Source: a virus (taxonomy: Duplodnaviria > Caudoviricetes). From it: a DNA stretch of 56,528 bases. The notes under the pieces are model-generated. The model saw only the letters and a program-made list of their open reading frames with translations, had not been told where the DNA came from and did no database searches. The DNA lies in the IMG/VR virus record IMGVR_UViG_3300033153_005235, positions 1 through 56,528 of that record; one strand, 5' to 3'. Of the stretch, positions 1 through 7,893 are shown one piece after another (within the stretch, counting starts at the first letter, position 1; each line of letters begins with the position of its first letter). Both the position numbers and the translations under genes were made by a program.

Positions 1-3
1 AAA

Positions 4-117
4 TGGTCTAGTATGGGAATCGAACCCATGAGGATTTTACAAAAGCATTTAGCATCCGGACTCTCATGCTCTTACCGAGATTTCTCTCTGTTTCACCAAC
101 ATCTACTTGACTAGACC
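4..117 (-). ncRNA. tRNA-like structured RNA (non-canonical, 114 nt)
   Basis: Minus strand reads GGTCTAGT...ATGGG-TTCGATT-CCCAT-ACTAGACC-A, giving an 8-bp acceptor-like stem and a canonical T arm. The interior (TGTT-GGTGA-AACA, GAGA-GAAA-TCTC, AAGAGCAT/ATGCTTTT) is not a standard cloverleaf. Confidence 0.5.
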
Positions 118-126
118 AAACTAATC

Positions 127-193
127 GAACCACACCCCGACAGATACATCTGTCTACCTTCATTCCCAGGTTAACCTAAGAAGAGTGTGATTC
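127..193 (-). repeat. inverted-repeat-bounded structured element
   Basis: GAACCACAC/GTGTGATTC closing stem, internal GACAGAT/ATCTGTC hairpin and AGGTTAACCT palindrome. Confidence 0.45.
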
Positions 194-202
194 AAATTAA
201 AA

Positions 203-269
203 TGAGACTCCCACGTTAGTTTCTTATCCAAAAACTAGTAAACCTACCAAAGTTAGTGTGAGAGTCTCA
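203..269 (-). repeat. inverted-repeat-bounded structured element
   Basis: TGAGACTC (203-210) / GAGTCTCA (262-269) closing stem, just downstream of the 274..966 stop. Confidence 0.45.
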
Positions 270-273
270 AAGC

Positions 274-966
274 TTAATATTCATTAAGTTGGATATTACA
301 AAATTCTTCATCAGCTTCAAACTCTGTACCCATTGCATAATAGGCAAAGAGCATGTCTGTTACTGAGTGAGTTGATCGTGCAATGCATGTTGGTCGTTTT
401 GTTATTACAGAACTGTCTTCGTTAATATACCCAATATGCCAGGTATCTTTCTTTTTGTTAAAGTTATAGAATGTTACTTTTACATCATAGAAGTCATATT
501 CTGGATGATGAAAGGTTACATAAATAGCAGTATCTTCATCGTTGTAAGATACTTCTACTGCTATTTCATCTTTGCCATGTTCTCTAGCTTCGTCAGTCCA
601 AAGCTCTTGAACTTTTTCAATAACGTTAGAAAATTTAGCTTCTTTTTCAACTGGCTTAACAATATCATTTACTAGTTTTTGTAGATGGTCAACAGCGTTT
701 TCTTTAAGAATCTTACCAAATTGATCTGAAATTATAGATTGAATAAATTTGTTATATTCAGGGATTGAAATATTTCTTGTAGATAGTTTTAATGATTCTT
801 CAATTTTCTCTTTAATTATAGTTCCAAATGTACCATACGATCTCATTGAACTATCAATACAATCTTTAATAGTTTCTTTCAGCTTTTCTTGGATCATCTT
901 TTCAACAGATCCATCTTCAATCATTTTTGTTATTGAAGTACTTACTATACCGTTTAATTCTTTCAT
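274..966 (-). CDS. hypothetical phage protein
   Basis: 230-aa ORF, tightly packed in the leftward operon. Confidence 0.8.
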   Translation of the reverse strand: MKELNGIVSTSITKMIEDGSVEKMIQEKLKETIKDCIDSSMRSYGTFGTIIKEKIEESLKLSTRNISIPEYNKFIQSIISDQFGKILKENAVDHLQKLVNDIVKPVEKEAKFSNVIEKVQELWTDEAREHGKDEIAVEVSYNDEDTAIYVTFHHPEYDFYDVKVTFYNFNKKKDTWHIGYINEDSSVITKRPTCIARSTHSVTDMLFAYYAMGTEFEADEEFCNIQLNEY

Positions 967-968
967 GG

Positions 969-2057
969 TTATCCTAGTTGTTTTAGTTGAATTGTGCGTC
1001 CATATTTCTTTGGAGCTGATTTACCTTCAGTGCTGACCCATATAACGTCGTAGGACGGTTCTTTCCAGTTGAACGATACATAGAGGTCGGAAAAGAATAT
1101 TAACACTGTAGGAGGTGATTTAGCCAGTTCTTTGAAGAATGAGTTAAAACTAGTTCCACCATGGGAACCAAATTTTAGATTTAATAGATCGTCACCCGGT
1201 TCGATTTCAAACTTATTGTCTACACAAGTTGATACTCCATAAATGGTTAGCTGTTCAAGTGGATAGATAGTCCGGATATTCTCAACCTCAGTTAGGTATG
1301 ACTGCATCTCTTTTGGTGATACTGATCCGGATGTGTCTATTGCAACAACAAGATGTTTAATAGTGGGTGAATGTTGAGAAGGTAAATAGAAGTCAGGTAA
1401 ATACCTTCTATTGGGGCGATTCCAAGAATGATCATCATTTGTAAACTCCTGTAAGTAATTTTGGAGGATAATATTCCAGGGTAGTGTTGGGTTGAGCAGT
1501 TTATCTATTCGTTCACGAATAGAACCAGGTACTTCTGACCCACAATCTTTCAGGTCACAGGTAGTTTGGGCTTGGACGAGGATCTCTTTGGCTAATTGGG
1601 TTGCTTCAGTTGGGTTAAGAGGTTCAAGGATATCATCCTGACCCCAACCTTGGTCTTCTGGTTCATCTGGTAATGAATCATAAATTGATTCTGCAGTTTT
1701 GTTGCGATACTTATCAGATAGTAAACCGTCTGGAGGAAGTTCATATCCTTCATCGGTTAGTAGGATATTAATTGCATAGTCAGTAGCTACGTTCCAACGA
1801 TGATGATCACGGTTACCTTTACGGCCAAATGAGTCCAAGGCTACATGCATTACTTCATGCAGAATTAATCCAATTAGTTGAGGTTTGGATAGGTCGTCTA
1901 TAAAGTCTTGATTGAAGAATAGTTCAGATCCATTGGTTGCTGCAGTAGGTACTTTATCTGTAACTACTGTTTCGAGTGAGAATAGTAAAGTAGAAAAGAA
2001 TATAGAGTCTTTGAGAATAGCTATTTTGGCTTTAGTTAATTGGTCATTAGCATTCAT
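969..2057 (-). CDS. metallopeptidase-like + VWA domain protein (DUF2201 type, N4 gp25-like)
   Basis: TAATNG, HEVMH (HExxH), WNVATDYAIN, MIDAS motif DTSGS, GGTSF; near the AAA ATPase. Confidence 0.9.
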   Translation of the reverse strand: MNANDQLTKAKIAILKDSIFFSTLLFSLETVVTDKVPTAATNGSELFFNQDFIDDLSKPQLIGLILHEVMHVALDSFGRKGNRDHHRWNVATDYAINILLTDEGYELPPDGLLSDKYRNKTAESIYDSLPDEPEDQGWGQDDILEPLNPTEATQLAKEILVQAQTTCDLKDCGSEVPGSIRERIDKLLNPTLPWNIILQNYLQEFTNDDHSWNRPNRRYLPDFYLPSQHSPTIKHLVVAIDTSGSVSPKEMQSYLTEVENIRTIYPLEQLTIYGVSTCVDNKFEIEPGDDLLNLKFGSHGGTSFNSFFKELAKSPPTVLIFFSDLYVSFNWKEPSYDVIWVSTEGKSAPKKYGRTIQLKQLG

Positions 2058-2071
2058 TGGTTACCCATCGA

Positions 2072-3157
2072 CTATTGTTGGACTGGCTTATAACATGCTT
2101 TAGTTAGTATATTTGGCTTAGTTACCGCCTCACTTAAAGTTAAACCCTCGTCCATTCTCTTGCGTAATGTTTGATGAGAAAATCCAGAAATACTTGCCCA
2201 TTCTGTTATAGTTAAATTCTTACCGTCAAATGCGTATTTTACTTTATGGTCAAATCTTTTTCTTTTCATTGCATACTTACGACTAGAGAGGCTTACTTTT
2301 TTAGTAGCAGCTTTCTCAGGAGTCCAACCGAGTGTAATCCTAGATCTGAAAGTATTTTCAGGGATATTATTTACCTTGAGAATGTTTCGGATTGTATTTA
2401 CTTTTCCATTGATAGTAATAGTATTGCGCACTGAAGATTTACCACAATTAGGTTCAAGTTTAATTTCTTGCTTAGTTTTAGGTTTCTCGAAAGATGAGTT
2501 TAATACTACTATACCCCAAGACATTGTTTTACCACTTGTAGTGGTATATTTGTTGGTTTCTTCTACTATGAAGTTATTGTTGCCAGAAGTTAAACAAAGT
2601 TTACTGATTATTTCAATTCTGTCGATCTTATCGTTGTTATTTTTGGCGAACAACTTTAACAACAACATACCTTCCATACTATTTTCTCTACCGTTTAGGA
2701 GAGTTATGGCAAGTTTTGATTGTTTACACATTACTCCAGAATCTACGAAGCCAGAGATTGCATCTACTGTTGGGATGCTAATATTACCACATAGATCAAG
2801 ATTGGCGAATGTTAAGTTTACACCTTTCTTTTTGATTATGTATCCAGCATCTTTTACTTCTGAATGAATAAGGTTTACTTTTGGATACTTTTTGAACCAA
2901 TTTGATTTACTAAGGAAATTGTCATCCCTATCAATCGCATAGAGGTTTTCTTCTCTGAAGCCAAACGATAAGGCTATTTCAATTTCCAAACCTTCTTTAG
3001 ATGGCATGAATGCTACATTTACTTCTTCGAATTGGTTGTCATGTTTATCTACTAAACTTTTACTGAAATGTGACCATACTCTATATCTATAAAGTTCCTT
3101 TGCGTCGAAACCGTAACCACCTTTGGGTGATGATTTATTTTCCACAATGAGCTCCAT
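2072..3157 (-). CDS. putative SAM-dependent methyltransferase-like domain fused to homing-endonuclease-type DNA-binding repeats
   Basis: N-terminal Rossmann-like pattern (VAFMPSKEGLE...LYAIDRD...ANLDLCG); two C-terminal repeats (INGKVNTI...FRSRITLGWTPEKA and FDGKNLTITEWA...LRKRMDEGLTLSEA). Confidence 0.55.
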   Translation of the reverse strand: MELIVENKSSPKGGYGFDAKELYRYRVWSHFSKSLVDKHDNQFEEVNVAFMPSKEGLEIEIALSFGFREENLYAIDRDDNFLSKSNWFKKYPKVNLIHSEVKDAGYIIKKKGVNLTFANLDLCGNISIPTVDAISGFVDSGVMCKQSKLAITLLNGRENSMEGMLLLKLFAKNNNDKIDRIEIISKLCLTSGNNNFIVEETNKYTTTSGKTMSWGIVVLNSSFEKPKTKQEIKLEPNCGKSSVRNTITINGKVNTIRNILKVNNIPENTFRSRITLGWTPEKAATKKVSLSSRKYAMKRKRFDHKVKYAFDGKNLTITEWASISGFSHQTLRKRMDEGLTLSEAVTKPNILTKACYKPVQQ

Positions 3158-3168
3158 TGGTTTTTATA

Positions 3169-4191
3169 TTAAAATAGTGATTCTGAGTGAGTGTTGATCC
3201 AGGTTGATACTTCTGGCATATCTGCAATAAGATCATTACGCTCAATTGCTTCTCGTAAAGTGATTACTTGGAATTCAACTGGAAGACGTTCAGTAGCAGT
3301 GATTAAAGCTCCCGGGTTAAGTTCAAAGTTGTTAGAGATTAAGGTTGTTAATGCGTAGTAGTAGTCAGGTTTGTCTTTGAGTTTGTAACCAGTTGGGTTG
3401 GCTACAATTTTCTCTATAGTTGGGAGTTGGTTGTAGATCTTACAGAATGCTTTGAACTCTACTGCAGCTCCTTCACCTACACAACCAGCCATTACTACCA
3501 AGTTGGTTCCAGAGAACTTAATTTTATTTGATACATACTTAGACAAGAAGTACCAGGTTCTTGGACAACAGAAGTTATAGTCATCTTTACTTGGGTCAAA
3601 TCGATGGAGCAGGTTAGGACGGAATTTAATAAATGAGATTACTCGTTGGTCAATCTTATTTGAGTTTGCCCATTTAAGCCAATCAGAGTTAGATACTTTC
3701 AAGTGGAGGTTGACCATCCTGGATTTCATGGCAGTGCCAAGATCGTTAACAATAGCTTTGTCTGTTTTAAGGTTGCCTGCTGCGATTATAGCGGTTGCTG
3801 GGTGCAGGGAATGCCTACCTACCTTTCTATCAAGGATGAGCTTGTAGGACGCTGCAGCAGTTGCTCTTGAGCAAGCGTTAGCTTCATCTAGAAAGATTAC
3901 AAAACCTGATTTACCTTGGGGAATTGGATCGTCGGATAGTGGTAACTCTTCAGGTGCTGCGAACATCATACGGTTAGTGGATTGGTTGAGCATTGGATAT
4001 CCACTAATATCTACAGGTTCCCGGTTGGATAGTGAAAAATCATACATGTAAAGGTTGTTGGATTCTGCGAATTGGTATACACAGTCTGACTTTGCTATTC
4101 CAGGTGAACCAAGGATATTAGGGACAAGTCCAGCTCGTACAATATCAGTTAGCTCTCCTGGCAATTGGGATGGAGTGAGTGAGAGGGTCAT
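3169..4191 (-). CDS. MoxR-like AAA+ ATPase (N4 gp24-like)
   Basis: Walker A GSPGIAKS, Walker B IFLDEAN, AAGN sensor, PRTW motif. Confidence 0.9.
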   Translation of the reverse strand: MTLSLTPSQLPGELTDIVRAGLVPNILGSPGIAKSDCVYQFAESNNLYMYDFSLSNREPVDISGYPMLNQSTNRMMFAAPEELPLSDDPIPQGKSGFVIFLDEANACSRATAAASYKLILDRKVGRHSLHPATAIIAAGNLKTDKAIVNDLGTAMKSRMVNLHLKVSNSDWLKWANSNKIDQRVISFIKFRPNLLHRFDPSKDDYNFCCPRTWYFLSKYVSNKIKFSGTNLVVMAGCVGEGAAVEFKAFCKIYNQLPTIEKIVANPTGYKLKDKPDYYYALTTLISNNFELNPGALITATERLPVEFQVITLREAIERNDLIADMPEVSTWINTHSESLF

Positions 4192-4199
4192 ATTGCTTC

Positions 4200-4979
4200 C
4201 TATTTTCTAAGTTGAGCAATCATGTCGATAGTAGACATGTCAGTACATTTCTTTCCATCTTTGTTGTAGATAGCTGAATCGTTAATATATTTTATAAATT
4301 CAGGAGCATCATTACAAAGTTTAATTGATGAAGTGTATGCGTTTGCAATACCTCTTAGAAGAGTTCTTTTTTCTTCAATTTTGGTTGTTAATTTTTCACG
4401 AGCTTCGATAAATCGCTTAACTTTTTTGCGAAGATTTGGAGAAAGTACTGAGAACATATTTGACTCACTTACTCTGAGAATGTCTGTGAATGGATATTTA
4501 CAGTTGAACCATAACTTTGATAGTTGACTTATGTTAGATTCTCCAGATATGTTTGTAACTCCAAGTGTTTTGAGTTTATCTTCTGGAAGGTTTTTCAATA
4601 GATTTGCGAATGCTCCACTATCTGCAATACCATTTTTAATTTCATTGTATACCCAGTTGTAATTACGACAGCCTATCATATGTTCATTTGCGTTAATAGT
4701 CATCGATAAACTAGAAGCAAATTGTATTGTTTCAGTGTTTATTGATTCTTTTTTTCTAGTTAGTTTTCTAGCTACATACTTTAATTCTATTAACAGTTCA
4801 CTTGGGTAGAGTTCATCCATAATGAGATTAAAGATTTCAGACTCTTTACGTACATGATCAATCATAACATCACAGAAGAGTTGTCTGGTCGCTACAGTTA
4901 CAATGTTGTTTACGTTTCCTTTCGAAAGTCGATATCCAGATGGGATTCTAAGTTGTTTTCCAGTTAATTGCTTAGTCAT
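4200..4979 (-). CDS. hypothetical protein, possibly Nmad5-like
   Basis: 259 aa; N-terminal RLS..V..IV and C-terminal coiled coil plus TSSIKL..APE recall the Nmad5 family. Confidence 0.5.
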   Translation of the reverse strand: MTKQLTGKQLRIPSGYRLSKGNVNNIVTVATRQLFCDVMIDHVRKESEIFNLIMDELYPSELLIELKYVARKLTRKKESINTETIQFASSLSMTINANEHMIGCRNYNWVYNEIKNGIADSGAFANLLKNLPEDKLKTLGVTNISGESNISQLSKLWFNCKYPFTDILRVSESNMFSVLSPNLRKKVKRFIEAREKLTTKIEEKRTLLRGIANAYTSSIKLCNDAPEFIKYINDSAIYNKDGKKCTDMSTIDMIAQLRK

Positions 4980-5205
4980 TGTAATTCTCCTTAATTTTAA
5001 TCTTCTTAAGTAGAAGGTGAGTTCTAGTTATTGGGTTATCTGGATAGAATTTTAGGTCAAACGTTGCACCGTTGTATTTTAGCGTTACCATACGAGAGAA
5101 TTGTATAGGTGCTAATGTTATCTCATCAGATGTCCAAATATTATTGGACATAAATATTACAAGCTGACCATGGTGTAACAATTGAGGCTCAATTGGTTCA
5201 AGCAT
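4972..5205 (-). CDS. hypothetical protein
   Basis: 77-aa ORF packed between neighbours on the coding strand. Confidence 0.6.
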   Translation of the reverse strand: MLEPIEPQLLHHGQLVIFMSNNIWTSDEITLAPIQFSRMVTLKYNGATFDLKFYPDNPITRTHLLLKKIKIKENYND

Positions 5206-5211
5206 AGGTTA

Positions 5212-5421
5212 TTACCATCCTGATTTCATATCTTCCGGAATCTCTGATCCATATTCTTGGAGTCGAGCTATAAGTTTATTACGTTCAGGCATATTGGCTA
5301 CTTTACGTAATCTATTGAGATACTCTACATGTTTGGTTGATACTGCATGATCAGACATTCGTTCCACACCATTGCATATGATAGTAGTATTACCTTGTCT
5401 GTCGATTTGCGATGTTATCAT
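5212..5421 (-). CDS. hypothetical protein
   Basis: 69-aa ORF packed in operon. Confidence 0.65.
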   Translation of the reverse strand: MITSQIDRQGNTTIICNGVERMSDHAVSTKHVEYLNRLRKVANMPERNKLIARLQEYGSEIPEDMKSGW

Positions 5422-5423
5422 TG

Positions 5424-6815
5424 TTATTTCTCTATACTTAAATATGTAAGATTATCTTGAGAACGAGTAGTTGCAACAAATGCAATATTACGCTCTTCTT
5501 CTTTTGTTTGTTTGGACTTGGATTTTATAGCTATATAGTCACCAATTCCAGGTTCTAAGTAGAATACATTTGGTGACTGCATGCCCTTTGATGAGTGGAT
5601 AGTTGAGAGGATACGTTTACTTTTAGATAGAGTGTTGTTGGTTAGGTTCTTCAGGAAAGCTTCAGTCTCTCCAAGAGATGATCCAACGTTGAGAGCAGCT
5701 TGTACTGCTTCATATTTATACTCAGGTATTGCTGGGTTCCAGCCATTACTTTTAAAGCGACGTATTTCTCTATACATTTCGTCCTGACAGTTATTTCTAA
5801 GTAGGACAATATTAGAAGTTTCTTTTGCAAGTCTGGTTAAAACAGATGATACTTGATTGATAATAGTTTTCTTAATAGAGAAACTTTTACCTTGGTTTAT
5901 GAGTACACTAGCTGCTTTCAACAGTGGAGCATTTGCTCTACATAGTAGTAATGATTTTTCAGGGAAGTTTGCTTCTTCAAGGTTACGCCAGCTATATTGG
6001 CCACCAGGTTTTGATCCAAAAAAGCCTGGATGGTATTGCCATGCCCGGGAGATGATAGCTTCAGGACATCTAAAGGTTTCATTGATAGTATGGATCTCAG
6101 GGTTAAATGTTTTCTTTAGGAGGTTTAGAATATTTGGATCCGATCCAGAAAATGAATTAATCTTTTGGTTCTCAGTGTCTCCAACCATTATTAATCTATC
6201 GGTTTGGATTGTGGAGATAAGTTGGATCTTGTCTATACCACAGTCTTGGATCTCATCACATAATACTATATCATAACTAGGAGACTTGTAGCCTTGTCTA
6301 ATAGGTAGGCTGAGCATGTCGTTACCTGATACTACTTCAGTCATTTTGTTTGATACAGAGAGTACAGACATTGCTTCTGCGATGAATTTTTTAGATATAA
6401 AAAACCTATCACAAGTTTCTTCCCATTTTGATCTAGCAAGTGCTCCACCAAGTGCATAATGTTTTTGTACTAAGTTGGATACATTATGGGTAGTGAGTTT
6501 GTTGTATTTATAGAAGTCTACTCTTACTTTTGATTGGTTCTGGTTGATTACCTTGAGGCCAAATGAATGGAATGTAGCAGCTTCACAGTTTGCTGGTAAC
6601 TTATTGCGTACATCATCCACTATTTGTTTGTTGAATGCTAAATAGAGAATTTTGGCATCAGGATTATCAAATGCAAATTGTTGTAGGAGTTGAGTCTTAC
6701 CACTGCCGGCTGTTGAGTTTATTAGGAGAACTTGAGCAGTAGAATCTAACGCAGCTTGTTGTTTATCAGTATATGGCACGATAGGAGCTGAGGTTGGTTT
6801 TGTAAAATTAATCAT
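5424..6815 (-). CDS. UvrD/REP-like superfamily 1 helicase
   Basis: AGSGKT, LAFNK, TFHSFG, DEIQD, VGD..Q.I..F.G, TFRCP, TIHSSKG, FVATTRS motifs. Confidence 0.9.
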   Translation of the reverse strand: MINFTKPTSAPIVPYTDKQQAALDSTAQVLLINSTAGSGKTQLLQQFAFDNPDAKILYLAFNKQIVDDVRNKLPANCEAATFHSFGLKVINQNQSKVRVDFYKYNKLTTHNVSNLVQKHYALGGALARSKWEETCDRFFISKKFIAEAMSVLSVSNKMTEVVSGNDMLSLPIRQGYKSPSYDIVLCDEIQDCGIDKIQLISTIQTDRLIMVGDTENQKINSFSGSDPNILNLLKKTFNPEIHTINETFRCPEAIISRAWQYHPGFFGSKPGGQYSWRNLEEANFPEKSLLLCRANAPLLKAASVLINQGKSFSIKKTIINQVSSVLTRLAKETSNIVLLRNNCQDEMYREIRRFKSNGWNPAIPEYKYEAVQAALNVGSSLGETEAFLKNLTNNTLSKSKRILSTIHSSKGMQSPNVFYLEPGIGDYIAIKSKSKQTKEEERNIAFVATTRSQDNLTYLSIEK

Positions 6816-7000
6816 TTGGATATTAGCTCCTTTGTTTTATATAGTCGTACTTGCTTGAGCATGAGACAGTTTGAATTGATTACCAGGCATTCAACTGCAG
6901 ATAACCATTGAGGTATATATTTATCGTTAAAGAAGCAATGATCATGATAGTAATTTGAACAGGAAGTAAAGTCACAAGTTGGAATCTCAAAGAAATTCAT
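6812..7000 (-). CDS. small Cys-rich hypothetical protein
   Basis: 62 aa, GGGGG RBS-like site, ATGA overlap with the helicase start. Confidence 0.6.
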   Translation of the reverse strand: MNFFEIPTCDFTSCSNYYHDHCFFNDKYIPQWLSAVECLVINSNCLMLKQVRLYKTKELISK

Positions 7001-7074
7001 ATTTACCCCCTATTATGGCTTAGACATCGCTTAGTAATAAATGGTAAGTTTGAAATAGTTAGGGTTTAGTTAGT

Positions 7075-7112
7075 AAAAAAAAACCAACCACCCAGTTAAG
7101 GATGATTGGTTT
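7075..7112 (-). terminator. intrinsic terminator
   Basis: Minus-strand stem AACCAATCATCC/GGGTGGTTGGTT followed by a T9 run. Confidence 0.7.
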
Positions 7113-7202
7113 CTATTTTTACCATACTTCCGCCCATTATAGACGTACTCTTACATGGTATCCTCCATTGAACTATATTATAGTTAATGAACTATTCATC
7201 CA

Positions 7203-7217
7203 GCGCACGTAGTGCGC
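7203..7217 (+). promoter_or_regulatory. GNA-triloop DNA hairpin (candidate vRNAP-type template hairpin)
   Basis: GCGCAC-GTA-GTGCGC, a C:G-closed GNA loop on the template strand of leftward genes. Confidence 0.35.
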
Positions 7218-7221
7218 CTTC

Positions 7222-7437
7222 TTATTCTACATTACCAATCCACAACAGTTTGTCATGATTTCTAAGTAGCTCTCGTATTGAAAGTTCACTTATTGATCCA
7301 AATACATTGGTATCAATACCATTTCTACATATGTCTGTGAAACTAAATTCACTTCCATCGTGATCTATTTCCATCTTATGTTCTTGTAATAACTTTTGAA
7401 GATCTGATAAGAATAGAAACATATCTACTTTCTCCAT
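7222..7437 (-). CDS. hypothetical protein
   Basis: 71 aa with AGGAGA RBS. Confidence 0.7.
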   Translation of the reverse strand: MEKVDMFLFLSDLQKLLQEHKMEIDHDGSEFSFTDICRNGIDTNVFGSISELSIRELLRNHDKLLWIGNVE

Positions 7438-7447
7438 ATAATCTCCT

Positions 7448-7660
7448 TTAACTTAAAGCATACTCTGATTGTAAGATTAATCCAGCTAATCCTTCGTCAT
7501 CGATTGATATACCAGCATCTCTACCAATAATTTGGCTGCAGATTTCATTGAGTAGATCACTGTCAGCTATCATCATATCAAACCTTTGCTCTTTCGATAA
7601 CTTTGGGCTCATTACCAATGTAATCATAGCCCAACTATATAGATCGTTCTGTATTGTCAT
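7448..7660 (-). CDS. 70-aa protein ending in a copy of the RNAP C-terminal 40 aa
   Basis: AGGGGG RBS then ATG at 7660; last 40 aa are 35/40 identical to the end of 7894..9693. Confidence 0.65.
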   Translation of the reverse strand: MTIQNDLYSWAMITLVMSPKLSKEQRFDMMIADSDLLNEICSQIIGRDAGISIDDEGLAGLILQSEYALS

Positions 7661-7670
7661 ATTGCCCCCT

Positions 7671-7883
7671 TTAATAACGACGATAATTGTCATAAGCGAA
7701 CGGTATATCATAACACAATATGTGTTTAATATTGCATCTGAACTTAGTAGCATTCTTCTTATGTACTGTATATTCTGGTAGGTTAAGTATGCCAGTTGTA
7801 ACGTCATTAACCGGTACATACAAATCGGAGCACCAGTTGTTAATTGGTACTCCTAATCGTTTCATTGTTTCATGTATGGTCAT
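7671..7883 (-). CDS. hypothetical protein
   Basis: AGGAGA RBS immediately after the RNAP stop, ATG at 7883, 70 aa. Confidence 0.7.
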   Translation of the reverse strand: MTIHETMKRLGVPINNWCSDLYVPVNDVTTGILNLPEYTVHKKNATKFRCNIKHILCYDIPFAYDNYRRY

Positions 7884-7893
7884 ATTGTCTCCT

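Noticed and set aside
4-117. Canonical tRNA or tRNA-Sec call
   Set aside because: No 5-bp stem/7-nt loop anticodon arm or UCA anticodon could be placed
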